Assembly: GCA_040954595.2 (NCBI GenBank)
Contig: CM082592.2
Coordinates: 7,985,677-8,049,676 of the forward strand
Length of the DNA stretch: 64,000 bases
Direction: 5' to 3'
Origin: Balanoglossus misakiensis
Lineage: Eukaryota > Animalia > Hemichordata
Shown here: positions 27,250 through 39,828 of the stretch, piece by piece
How the letters are laid out: the number at the start of each line of letters is the position of its first letter
Position numbering within the stretch: position 1 is the first letter of the stretch
Position numbers and translations under genes: made by a program
Notes under the pieces: generated by a model
Seen by the model: the letters and a program-made list of their open reading frames with translations, nothing else
Databases searched by the model: none
Told to the model about the DNA's origin: nothing

Positions 27250-28934
27250 TTAAATTTTCATTATATTTTACATTTTTATTACCCTCGACATGTAGCAGAA
27301 ACATTGCCCGCAGAATCCAAAAATAAAGTTACAACGACTTGATGGGGTATAGCAGACCAGCTTAGAGTGGTCTATTTAAGTAATCCCTTATCTGACACGG
27401 GGAAAACAGTCATATAGCTAAGGACGTGGCGGTACCGGCATTCAATTTCTCGATAATCGAAAAACACATGACATGAAAACAAAGTCAGCAACTAACTGGG
27501 GTACAGCACCACCACAGTACATGTGTGTATACCTAGGCGACCTCTATAGCTGCTTCTAAAATAGCGACGGTGGGTTCCACTGAAGTGAGACATCAGTATT
27601 CATAATTTCATGAAAAAATAAAGAAGAAATCGAACGCTAATACAGTACCGTTACTTCTATATGATAAAACGCAACAAGTTCGAGTAAAACATATCTTGTT
27701 CTCTTTTTTAAATAAATTAAAACTTTTTAAAAAAATTCTCCTTTTCAACGCTGAAAAATACGTTACGTGAATATAACACATAAATAGCCTTTGTTTCTTC
27801 ACACACTTATTTAATTATGTACACTGAACATGAAATAAATCCACCTGGTCAACAACGGCCATGGAAACAAAAATATCATCTATATACCTCGGTAAAACGA
27901 CAAAAAAGTATCTCTCCAAGAATACAGCTTTGCGGACCTTTTTTTTCTGTGAACGAGAACAATCGAAACACTACGTAACATAGAACATTTGAAAAAACTC
28001 GTCGTACATGGCAAATACAAGTGGGAATAAATACAACAATATATCATATTTTCAGCATTAAATTAGCACGGTAAGATTTGCCATGATACCCGCCCCGACT
28101 GGCCGCTATTCATTATTTACAAAAAAAAAAACTTGTACTGTCCTGTAGTCAAGTGGCTCTTCAAACGTTACATTCTCCGCTAATAGTAATATATATTTTT
28201 TCCAGATCTACTTAGTGGTACAAGCGTTGCGAAAAGCACACATTTGGTTCAACAAATTCAATAACAACTAAACGGTGTTTTTTGTAACTTTCGGGTACAA
28301 AACCGCCATGCCAGACGACATTTTTTCCCGCCACTATATATGGTCACTCCATATTTTTTGCCGCCTAAAACATGAACGACACCCAGCGGCTACACTGTTA
28401 TGCTGTTGGGTCCGCATTGATAGCTATTCCACAACGCAAGTGCATTAGGGTGGTAGAAGGTTGAGACGTAACGGTATGACGTTGATATAGCATCGATAAC
28501 TCGCCGAGACAAGCAGAGATAACGCTTGATAACCTACGACACTGTACTACAACTGTCAACGTAGTTAAGCAGCATTTAAAGGGGGGAGAGTTGGCGCTCA
28601 GACTCGGATGATCGTCCTGAGTCACCCCACAGGATTTCTTTCCCTGTGCTCTCTCTCTCTCGCCCCTCCCCTTTAATGACATCTCAAACGCTGTACCTAA
28701 TAATGTGTATTACTGCAACTGTATGATGCCACAACTGTCTCTGTACATACATTTAATGTCATGACGGTGGGAAATACAGGCAATTCAAATATATATTATC
28801 GCCAAACATTTACCAGTGTTTTTGTTCTGTAACTACTTCATCGCTAAGATGTATGTTGAACGACTTCTAAAACGAAAGGGTTAAATGTTATTTGGACAGG
28901 GGGATAGTCTCTCTATCACAATGATCTATATTGT
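27250..28934 (-). other. Probable Tbx2/3 3'UTR (~1.7 kb)
   Basis: AT-rich tract after the stop codon. The first minus-strand AATAAA I found is at 27280-27275, followed by a GU/U-rich tract. The end coordinate is approximate. Confidence 0.55.
27275..27280 (-). terminator. Candidate polyadenylation signal AATAAA
   Basis: The minus strand reads gggtAATAAAaatgtaaaatataatgaaaatttaaatcGAGTTTGTTATACTTGCACGCTTTATTATTTTTTTTG: hexamer plus downstream GU/U-rich element. Confidence 0.55.
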
Positions 28935-30064
28935 TTACTTATCACTTAGCTTCGTTAGTGACTCGGTAGCCATTTTCTCTTGTTGCTGCTCCAGTCCACT
29001 AACTAGTTTTTGAATACTCTGAAGTTCATTCTGGGCAGAGGTCGTTATCGTGGAGCTATCACTGACCGACGACGTGGCGACCTGTGACAGGGTGGCACCG
29101 GGGCTGCCATTGGCCACGGCCACGAGGCCGGCCGCCGAGGGATGCAGGCCGTCCAGACCGGTGTGTCCGGACGCGCTCAGTGGGGTACCTGTTGTCACCA
29201 TGGTGGTTGAAGTCAAGGGCAGCGCGTACGGTGAGAAGCGGAGGCGGGCTCGGTTCTGGTGAGAGCTGAAGATTGCACCACGGTAGTAATTGGACGCGGC
29301 GGCGGCGGCGGCAGCGGCGTTTCCCAGGGCCGAGTTGCTAATCACGGCGTAGCCTTGCGACGGCAGCATCTGTCCATTCAAGCTAAACGGGATTCCCTGA
29401 GCGTTCAACGAAAGGTGATGTGGTGTCACACAGGTGTGTCCAGAGGGCGATTGTAACAGCTGCGCATGAGCGCTGGTGGCTACCGGCAGGACCGCCGCGG
29501 CTGACATGCTGTGGACGGCGCTGGACAGGCCGGGCATGACCTGGCCGGGGTACAGGAGCAATGGCTGCTGGGTTATTGAATGTAAGTGGCTGTGGTGTGT
29601 CGGTGACGTTGGTCCAACGTGCTGGAACGCGAGCGGCGTTGGGTAGTGCACTGAAATTTCGGATGAACTCGATTTCGCCGGGCTGTGCCTGGGCGTGAGA
29701 TTTCTCACCCCAGCCCTCATGTCCTCGATCTCACTAATGTCTTTTCTAGTGTCAGTACTTGAAGTCAAACTGCGAGCGTCATTGTCCTCGTCCTGGTCAT
29801 CCGTTGTCATGACAACGTCATTGCTCTGTCCCTTCGGAGATAGGTGGTTTGTACTCAATGTGTTATTGTCGTTATCCTTCTCGTCGTCATCGGAGCTGTC
29901 GTCGTCCATCGAGCTCACCCTGCTCCGTCGCTCCCTCTCCCGCTCGGCGGCGGCGATTTCCGACTTGAGTTCATTAGCTGCCGTGTCGTTCTCTTTATCG
30001 TTGCTCTCAACGTCAATTTCTTCCTCCGTGCGAGTCGTCGAATTTGCCTCGGCCGAGACATACT
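28935..30064 (-). CDS. Tbx2/3: Tbx2/3 coding exon 6 (acidic/Ser-rich region, poly-Ala, C-terminal motifs, stop)
   Basis: Acceptor ttctcgtctctgcag|AG; lies within the 385-aa ORF; Ala8 at 29295-29318, RLRFSPY at 29226-29246, [13 protein letters not shown] at 28989-29027, TAA at 28937-28935. Confidence 0.93.
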
Positions 30065-33000
30065 CTGCAGAGACGAGAAAGAGAAGAGACAAAAAAAAAT
30101 CAGAATGTTAATATTTCCACTCGACCTGGTTCCCAACATCAACTGTAACAACATCAAAAGAAGAAAACACTACGGGTCCGTTCTGTCATGTGGGGGATTT
30201 TCAGCTGAGGTCTGGTAACCCTGGCAACAGAGGTGAATCGAACGAGCCAGTTAAATTTACCCGGTTGTTAAGTGCATCTTTCTTTTTATGCTGTGGCGAC
30301 AGGTATAGCCGCACACGTGAACTCTTGAACAAATATTGTTTTGCCCGTATACACAATTTAAAACATCAGCAACTGTGCTGGAAGACCGGAAACACCAAAA
30401 CGCTCAACGTTTGAAAAAAAAATCCTCGTTGAATTTGTATCACCCAGCTATGTGGTATTAGGCCTGTGACTGCATTGTTGTGCAGTGTTGGGAGCAGACA
30501 GTGGGGCTGTTTTGCGTATGAAAGAATATACACAGGTATAGGTAGTGGTAAACAGTGCTAAACAAACCACAGCGCTGTATACAAACACCCAGCATTGAAA
30601 GAAAAAAAGAGATTTTGAAGATTTGCCTGTATTTACCTCTAGGTGAGGAGACCACAGGTGCTAGCCTAGCGCTTTCCTCTTTCCCTTCCGCGTTTTGCTT
30701 GGCGGACGATGTCGACACTTCGGTCTGCTCGAGATCCTTGGTTTGACTGGTGCAGCTGTTAGAGAGATCGGGTTGGGTTCGGTGCTCGGAGGCCTCCAAA
30801 TTAGCCGACTGGAGCTTCCTGCAAAAGGCACACACAAGAGCGCACACGGACAATAAAATAAAATAAATTTGCAGAAATAATGCGATGTGTCGCCAGCAGA
30901 AACAACTTTGGGGACGGCGAACAATGGGGCATCCAACAAGAAAATAGTTGCCAAATCTCCCCGACAAACCACGGGCCAACTTCAAAGTTGCAAAGATAAT
31001 CAACGTGCAGAAATTGACATTGTCCGCAACAAAGGCGGGAAAAGAGCCCCCCTTTGTTGCTTAACGAGCAAAGACCCCTAATACCACTTTCTGAATTCCC
31101 AACGTCAATACATTGAAAGGGGGAGGCCGGCACGAAAAAATTGCCGATAAAGACGGACAAGGGATTCGGGGGAGTGAAGTCACCCACAGAAGCAAACAAA
31201 AGTGAAAGTCAGTCACGACAAAGTGGGGCAAAATGGTATGTCGTCATCATTATGGCCTGTCTGCTACCTGCATGTATCACACAGTCAGCGTGTGTGCTTT
31301 CCCGCGCATAACAATACCACCTCTAGATTTACAACTGTAACAGGTAACGATGGTTGTTACCAGCATTCACTTTCTTATTGACGCGAGGAATTTTTTACAA
31401 ATTAACAAAAGTGCGGGTACTCAGCAGCCCCTGTGTTCGGCAAACGTCTTTTCCCGCCTTTTAGGGATATTTTTATTGCAAAGTCAAAGACGTGCAATTC
31501 GGTGGTGTTATTTCTCAATACCCTTTTATTGCCGTCTTTGAACGTGCGGCGCATGGGTTGTTTTCGCGCCATTTTGATTTTTCAAGTCTCCTCGACGGTG
31601 GTCAGACCTGCAGTGTCGTCAGACAATTTTGCCCTTTTAAGAATTGGCGGGAACAATCAAGGCGTCAGTCTCACCTTTTCTCTCTCTTTCCAGCTCCGTT
31701 GTCTCGGAATCCCTTAGCGAACGGATTGTGGTCGATTTTCAACTGGGTTATCTGACAAGAAAGAAAGGGAAATCAGGGGCGATTACTTTCAACTATCCGA
31801 ACCATTCTCGATTTTTGGCCACTGTTTCAAAACACATGACTGTACTTAAAACGGAAAGAAAGTCAAAGACACATTTTCTTTTTAAACAGCCTTTATAAAA
31901 GAAATTAATTCTCGCCGATCAAGTCACAATCTCACAGCGATATCACACTATCTCTGAAGCAATACCTTTTGTTACCGTCTGCTAGGGATATACACTACTT
32001 TAGGCCAAGGCCTGTAATTAACTCCATTTCTCACTACACACTATAGAGTGTCCATTCAACACGTTCCTTTCCCCCCTTTTTGCCAAGGAACGGTGAAACA
32101 CATACACACACCACTATACACAGCAAACGCAGGGGCACTTTCACGTATCACGCTTCAGAGACAGTCAGGTAAATTAGCCAATGTCTTGTCAGAGAACAGA
32201 AATGGTTGGATGGCTAAATCAATATAGAGGACAGGTGATATCCCACATCGCTTTCACTGTTGAAAATTCCACCCACATTTATTCAAAACCAACACCCCTG
32301 GCCTATTTTATGCCTTAGCAACTTTATTTATTCTTTTTTATAAGCTACAGTAATCTTGATGAAGACATGCAGCATTTTTACTATTAGGAAATTGGCCGAA
32401 AATTATTATCTGAGTGGTCGTTTTGTTACCTTCGTGCGTATCAATATTTTTATAGCATTCTAGCAACAAGTTCACCTTGCGATAGCAGGTACTGTGAGAA
32501 TTTTACAAACCTGGTTTAGAATTTTTTCAAATTTCGAAGGCTTGCTAATGGATACTTTTAACTCTTTTTTTCTCTCCGAGAGTCGTTGAAACGTTGTCAA
32601 TGATTTAGGGGACTGCGCATTTAATGCGCGCGCTCGAGGAGAGACAGAGACAGTACAAAGGGCTTTTAATGGCACCAGCGGTGAAGCCTTTCCTAATTCC
32701 CGCGTTTTTACAACACTTCGGTCGTTTGCGAGCCCGCACTACCTGGAAGCTTTTATTTGAAAAATATAATTCTCTATTTGGCTAGTTTATAGACAAACAG
32801 TCGTCAAGACTGTCTTCGGCTGACGTAGAACGGCCCTCTACGATATCAGCCACAGCGTTGGCGGGTAAACTTTCACTGACTGTATAGAAGCGCATCTCCA
32901 AGCGACGCCTGCTACTTTTCCGATTTGGCGGGAGATAAGTTCGGCTCCGACTCCCCAAAAAGAGTTATACATTCATTAATTTCCAATGTATGACAAGAAG

Positions 33001-36000
33001 AAATATTACGATGTCCACTGACACGGAACAGCGGAACAAACGAAGAGGGCAGCACGAAATGATATGAGGGAGACTCGTGTGAGCGCCGGTGCTCCGCGCT
33101 GGCTGACGGCCCTTTGAACACATGAATGCGTAACATCTCTCTTTTCACATGCAATAACTCCGGTAATACATTTCGCCGTAAAATTAATACAGAGAATTCA
33201 TAATATTTGTTTTTCTTAAGACGGAATGGCCGCTTTGTGCCCGTGACACGAATGCCATTTGCCATATACGCAGACTCGCGCCGGGCATTGTTGGAGGATA
33301 CCTATTCAATTTTGCTTTGACGCCGAACGCGCAATGGCATTATTGATAATTCTCTTTTTTAACACGAATTTGCTCTCACGAGTTCTATCTATCTGTGCCG
33401 GGGATCAAGAAAAAACATCGAATCGCGTGAAATCATTGGAATCTTGGCAGGACCGGGTATTTGTACCTATCATTCACAGCGCACCCGGTTCGGCGCAAAG
33501 TGCAAAGTCGGTCACCGGACTGACAAGGCGCGCCAGAGACTTTGAAAAATGGAGTGAACAAACGAATTATGGGGACTGCCATCTTAACCCCCCAACCCCG
33601 GAAGACAAGAGGCTTTAAGTTCAAGACTCAGTTACATATATGAAAATTAATATTCATAACAACCCTCTTCGACATTTTCCGTTCTTCACTCGCACGAAAA
33701 GAGTGAAAGGGGGGACCCATAAATCCAACTGTTTTTAATTTTTAATGCTGTATTTTATTACTTCGTAAGACTACAATGGATAGCGTTGTATGTGGGGTTA
33801 TACTCTACTGTCAACTTCTAAATAAATCACGGTAATTCAGTCTTTTCGACTTGCCATCAATTTCAGGGTATTCCAGCGTTATTCTCTTCTTCTAATGTTT
33901 ACTAACTACACGAATCTTACCCGCGCTAATATCTTGTCTACACGTTAGACATTTTGATAGGGACGACAGTAGTATAATACACACTATTTTGGGCTTTGAA
34001 TTTCAACAAATTTATGACTTGTGTGTGTCATAAACGTAACAGACATAAAAGATAACTTCGAAACCTATAAATTTCTTGGGTATCCCCAGCATTTAAAGTG
34101 TAGGGAACAGCATTAATTTGGGCAGTTAAACGGCATTTTCACAATTTCACAAAGCGGTGAACAGAGGGTTTTTAGAGTGGGTCTATAGCCCTCGTTACTT
34201 AATCGTGATGGCCACTTTCTTATGCATTCTACCTTTGCTTAAACACACAGTTGATATTACTTTATGGGCAATCTTAAAAAAATAAACTGCAACAGTGTCG
34301 GTCCATACTGCCGAGGTATTTCTCTGATTAGCGACAAAGAGACAGTGTCCTTCAGAATGCATTTAGCAAAGACACCCATCGCCGAACACTTATCATCAAC
34401 CGATTCTCACCAGATCTATACTGTACTTACACGTAACCCCCACAGCAGTAAACTACAGCGCTAATATTCCACTAAATTTGCGATATTACCTTTTGATAAA
34501 CTCGCAAAATAAGAGTTAGTTTTGAAACGCACAGATTTTTTTTTTCAGACGGCGTTTTTGACAGCGCGGGGAAAAAAGAGAGTCGTGTTCTGGAACGGAA
34601 CTTTTTTATTGTCTTCTTCTGAGGATTAATTAAAGCGCGTGAAGCACCGGACTACTTCAGAAATATGAAAATTCTTCGATCAAACGGATGATTTACGAAA
34701 CGCATTCCTGCATTATCAGTACCAGATTCGTCTCCGATTTTTTTTTTTGCGATTCATTATCGTGTATACTCTGTGATGTATTTCTATTTGAACATGATCG
34801 ACACGAGTACACAATACACAATGTATAGGTAGACGTATTATTAGTTTTTTGTCATATGCTTTATAAATTGCATGTAAACAGCGCGTTTAAGCGCCGTGCA
34901 CAACACACCCAGCGCACAAAGCACAGCCGATAATGAAACCGAATGCAACAAGGTTAGTCTTATTCATGTCAAAACACCTACCTTTTCGTTCTGGTATGCC
35001 GTTACAGCGATGAATTCGGTCTCCTTAAACACGTACGTCCTAAATTGACTCCATGGCAGTTTGAGTATGTCGTTCGCTTTAACTATGTGAAACCTGGGCT
35101 GATATTTATGCATTGAATTGAGGATCGTCTGGAGAGAGAGAACGCGGGAAAAGAGGAATAAAAATGGGGGGAAATGGTCGTCAGAAACCGTGTGTGCCCG
35201 ACGAAATATTCCTGCCAGCACGCACGCAGCGGACGAGAAGGCCTTCGATTGGGAACTCGTCATGGCATGGTTGCACATGAAGAGCTATATTGCATCATAA
35301 GCATTGATATCATCCACATTTCGATGCAAAAATCGCTCGAGTTTTAATTAAAAATAGACAAGTATTCGGGTGAACCAATTCACTATAGATAATCGTATAT
35401 TGTGTATTTTTCCTCAAATGACACTTTTTCGCGTGAAAACGTTTCACATAATACAGCAGTAAAAACGCTCGCCACACGCAATTGTTCTCCGAGTGACTGC
35501 GTCGAGCGTCGACTATATAGGCTGCTATGGACACAGAATTGAGCCCGCAGAAAAATCGAGCGAGTATCGCTCACACCCCGTCCCTATTTCCCCGAATTCT
35601 CTCTAATTATGTGACTAAAATTTGCAAAAAGCATCTGTGCCACGGACGTGACGGGGCGACTGCCTCGCCAGAGATAATCTAATGGGAGACGGAATAATGT
35701 CCATAAGCCGGCGGTCTCGAAATAAGCTGTCGATATTTGGTAACCATGTTTACGCATAATACTAGGAATTTCTATGGGATCTCTGAGGCGAGGTTTTCGC
35801 CTGCTTTCGCGCAGTGTGGGTGTTTAGCGGACCGTCTCCCCGGCTCCTGTTGTCCGGGGCTCAGGGTCCCTCACACCGCCGGCCGCGCTAAAAAACAAAC
35901 ATCACGCGCGTAACACTAGTAGCACTGGGTGTACCCAAAGCAGTGGCGAACTCCGGCCCCGGCACGAGTGAAAACATGCATGACAACAAGCCCCCAACGC

Positions 36001-39000
36001 GGGCGGACTGGCTCCCCGATACACGCCAGCATGCTTGACTGAAATCTCCGAAGCTCACATGTCGCCTGCACGGCGATAATTGGATACGAGATTACAAGCA
36101 CAAACAGTGGTTAAACGTGGTAATTCGGGGACGAGTAAAAAAAGAACAAGGGATGGAGGTTTGGGGGCTGTAGGCATACAATGAAAAGAAGCCACCCCGT
36201 CAGAAATTAGTATGTACACGGTGGATAGGTATCAATGCCCAAGATATGTTCACAATTCAACGGTCTTCCAGGAGATTCCGTGATACCGTGAGATACACAG
36301 ATTTCCATATTGCCAGGCGTGTTTCAGGTCAGACACGTTCACTGACTGAAAACCGGCATTTTGAAACGACTCATTTGTTTCTGTCTTAATTTTTTGTTTT
36401 CGAATTTTTCATGACGCTTCTCTCGTTTCCCACTCGCCCGGAATTTCACCGGTTGCCCTCGTATGGGAATGGATACACACACACATACACACAGTTGCGC
36501 AAGCACCCTGCATTAGCTGAAGAGAAAAAAACCGTGCAATATGGTGGCAGTGCTAATCGCCGCGAAAGATCGCCATAGTGATATCACACTAACACTTCGT
36601 CTGGTTTTTTTGTTCGCCACATGTCGCGAGATGGGTCCTGAAACTTGAAACCCCAACCAACAGCAAGTTAGCTAATAGTCAGAAGCCGTGTGGCACCAAC
36701 TCCGCTTTTACCCCCTCCAACAAAATCAAAACATAGCCAAGGCAGAATACGTCGCAGAAAGACACCCCCCCCCCCCTCAAACATCCACCAAAAAAGGGGA
36801 CGATGACGAGTGGAACATCCAACCTGGCGACAGGCAAGATTTCCAGATATCCGTTGCTCAACACGAAACCCCTGTCATCATCGCCAGAGAAGTGGGGGCC
36901 TATTTTAAGTAGCCTGGGTACAAAGTTGGCCAATGGGTTGTGGTCTACCAGCCGTGACTAAAACAACAAAGCGCAGAGAGTCCGTCGGGGAAAGCTTACC
37001 GACTCGTCGACGCTGCCCGCATTTCCCCCACCTGTTCAGTATTTTTTACCGAACGTGTGTGCGCTGCAGCCCTACTAAATATTTCAGAATACATCTTGTA
37101 AACACAAAATTCGTCGGCTGAGAAACCCAGCAGCCTATTGTCTTGCTCCTTGGGCATGCCACACAAGCCGGGGATCTCGTTTTGTGAAAAACTTTTAGTC
37201 CTGGTAAATCTGACACTTGTCATTTAGGGGTTTAGTGACACAGAAAATCTGATTTCATAAATGATATAAAAACAGGTGGGTTTGACGAAGGCGATGCAGA
37301 AAAGTTTCCGTCTAAAACTGACCGTACACATCGACGGGTTTGGGGAGTACAGCCTTTTGTTTGTAAAAAACGCAGAGAAGTGTCTGGTACGACACTCATA
37401 TGAAACCAGCCATCCAAACTATAGACTTGGGGTAGAAAAGGCCTCTAGTGAAAACCGGAGACATTGAGTCTTTCCTAGGGTATAATTACAGGGTACTGGG
37501 TCCGATGAAAGAATGGAAGAAAGAAAAATCGCCCATTCCAGTTGCCAATAGGAGCACGCAGATTTGGGAAGTCTTTTCATAGTGTCTGACATGGGTGAAC
37601 AAAAAAAGATGAACTTTTACTGGTGGTGGGGGTGAGAGGGTGAACCGACAAAAAATCGCAGTGCCCCAAATATTCGCGCCCAAATCATGAACAATATTTC
37701 CCAAGATTGCTCCTTTTTTTTGTATTTCCCCAAAGAATACACAGATGGGTGAAAATACACAACAACCAGTGGTAACGATTACTTTAATTCGTCCACCTCG
37801 TGTTAAGTAATTATTAGTTAAACGGGTCGCTTTTGAACAAAATTATCGTTTTGATTGTGGCATGTCCAAAATTAGTCCTTGATTATTCTACTTATTCTTT
37901 CTCTTGGTTTGACCTATCTGCTGTGATGAATTTCCGCATTTAAAAAAAAAAAAGGTTTAGTGGCGACGTGGCGAAAAAAATCCACTGCAATGGCAAGGGT
38001 GTGTGTTTTGTATGAGAAATGTCTTTTTTCGAGTTTTGAAAAAAATACTCACGTATCCGTGTTTGTCGGAGATGTTGTTTGTCAATTTGAGTTTGTGGAA
38101 GGACACTAGCTTCTGCATCCACTGTTCCCCAGTGCACGGTGAGTCTGGGTGTATGTACATTCTTTTCGGCATTTCTGGGTCGGCTTTGCCGGCCACCATC
38201 CAGCGTGAGTTGTGGAACTTGTACCGGCAGTCGTCGGCTGCAACTATATCCATCAGCAAAATGTACTTTGCTTTCTTGTCTAGCCCACTGACACGCACTT
38301 TGTAGGCTGGAAATATCCGCCTATGCGAGAGAGAGAGAAAAATTGAAAACGTTAGGTTTATACAGGATACTCGTGTTTGTTTTGGTTAAAGATGGAATCC
38401 CTTGTTGGTAGGGGAAGTTAAAGATTTGAGGTCAAAAACGGACTCGTTGCACTTGTCTGCTCGACCACGCAGGCGGTGGTTTGTGGCATGCGAGCATGTT
38501 GGCTGGCTTGAAATGAAACTGGGGTGATGTGTGTGCCAATGTTGCCGTACCCTCACGGTCCAAATTCGCTCTTTCCACGGCGAGTTTTGAGACGGTTTTG
38601 GGCCGAAAATACTGCCCGAAACCATAGGTCAGCCCTTGTCAATCAGGGTTGACAAGAACAAACACCATAAACGGCGTATGATGAGGTTGTCTCATGCCAA
38701 CATTCATGCCGACGGTGTATCGATAAACTGCAAGGCTATGCACAACCCGGGAGCCGTCGCTCTTTCCTCGACACACCGTGGCCAGTTTGTTGTTGAATTT
38801 TTCTTGTCTTTTCGCCGGTGCAGTGTCCACTGCCGGTGGCGGTAGCTGTGTGTGGACAGTTTACGGTTATACAGGCGATAATTCGGATCGAAAACAACCC
38901 ATTTGTTCCGTGCGGCGTTAACTATTTCAGTGAGGTTCCCTTGTAAGGTCGCGCAGGCTGTTTTTAGACCGAGCTCACGCGCCGTGTTTTTATTTACAGT

Positions 39001-39828
39001 TGTCCACAATCCCGGTGTTTTTTGCAGAAATTAAGACGGTCCAAACACGTCTCGAACCTCTGGTATCGGTTGAGATCGGGATATACTAGGCCAAGTGGTC
39101 ATTATCGCCTCAAGAACCACATGCCGCGCGCCGTGTTTATTCGCTGGCACATGATACAGTGTTGAGGCCACTCATTGCGTTCGACACGCTATAGCGAGTA
39201 GGAAAACCAAAACATATGTGTCTGCGGTTTTTGCTATACTGTGACCTGACGATTTTTTTGGACTGCCGATCGCGTGTATGTCTCGGTGGTTAGGGTAGCC
39301 ACACTTACAAACTGTTTATCGTTAATTAGTCTGCCCCAATACGGGCATTAGGCCGATTGTTTACAGTGGTCGAAGTATCGAGTGTGCTATGTTTTTGTTG
39401 GCTACACTATCTGCAGAGAGTTCGGGATGTTGAGAAATATATCGGAAAATGTAAAGCGCTCACCTTCCTGATTTTGTGATGACCATTTCAGTCCCACGTT
39501 TGTGGAATTCCTCCCATAGCTCCTTGGTGTCCAGATTAACTTGGATGTTCTCGTCTTCGTCCGGCTGATTCTCCACGGCCCGCACCGGCCGCAAGCCCGG
39601 CTGATGAACGGAGAGTAGGTCGGGAGCGTAGTGGCACCGCGGATCCCCGAGTTTGGGGAACATGGGCAGCGTGGTTAGTCCGGCACCATTTGGCAGCGGC
39701 TGCGTCGGCAAAAACCCGGGAAAGAACTGCGGTTGCGTTAGTATGGAGTTCACCGAGAAATCGCTGGGTCGATGCGGCAGGAACTGCGTGTAAGCCATCC
39801 CTGGCTCCTGCACCATAGGTTGTTTCAT
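28935..39828 (-). CDS. Tbx2/3: T-box transcription factor Tbx2/3 (omb-like), whole spliced CDS, 6 coding exons, 722 aa
   Basis: Manual splicing gives 365+268+147+77+182+1130=2169 nt in one open frame. It encodes the N-terminus [20 protein letters not shown], a full T-box ([23 protein letters not shown]...YIHPDSP...[13 protein letters not shown]...[26 protein letters not shown]) and the Tbx2/3-type C-terminal motifs RLRFSPY and [13 protein letters not shown]. Confidence 0.97.
30637..30818 (-). CDS. Tbx2/3: Tbx2/3 coding exon 5 (post-T-box linker)
   Basis: Acceptor gccttttgcag|G completes the phase-2 Arg; [17 protein letters not shown]...APVVSSPR; donor G|GTAAAT, phase 1, matches exon 6. The sequence is not conserved, so support comes from splice signals and phase. 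Confidence 0.82.
31675..31751 (-). CDS. Tbx2/3: Tbx2/3 coding exon 4 (end of the T-box); absent from the ORF track
   Basis: Acceptor tttctttcttgtcag|ATA; [25 protein letters not shown](R); donor AG|GTGAGA; 77 nt. Confidence 0.96.
34982..35128 (-). CDS. Tbx2/3: Tbx2/3 coding exon 3 (T-box)
   Basis: Acceptor ctctctctccag|ACG; [49 protein letters not shown]; donor AAG|GTAGGT; 147 nt. Confidence 0.97.
38053..38320 (-). CDS. Tbx2/3: Tbx2/3 coding exon 2 (T-box)
   Basis: Acceptor tctctcgcatag|G; [40 protein letters not shown]...[12 protein letters not shown]; donor TAC|GTGAGT; 268 nt. Confidence 0.97.
39464..39828 (-). CDS. Tbx2/3: Tbx2/3 coding exon 1 (N-terminus and start of the T-box)
   Basis: ATG at 39828-39826; [21 protein letters not shown]...[10 protein letters not shown](R); donor AG|GTGAGC at 39463, phase 2. 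Confidence 0.95.

Noticed and set aside
29050-30218. Several plus-strand ORFs antisense to exon 6
   Set aside because: Shadows of the GC-rich Tbx2/3 coding frame.
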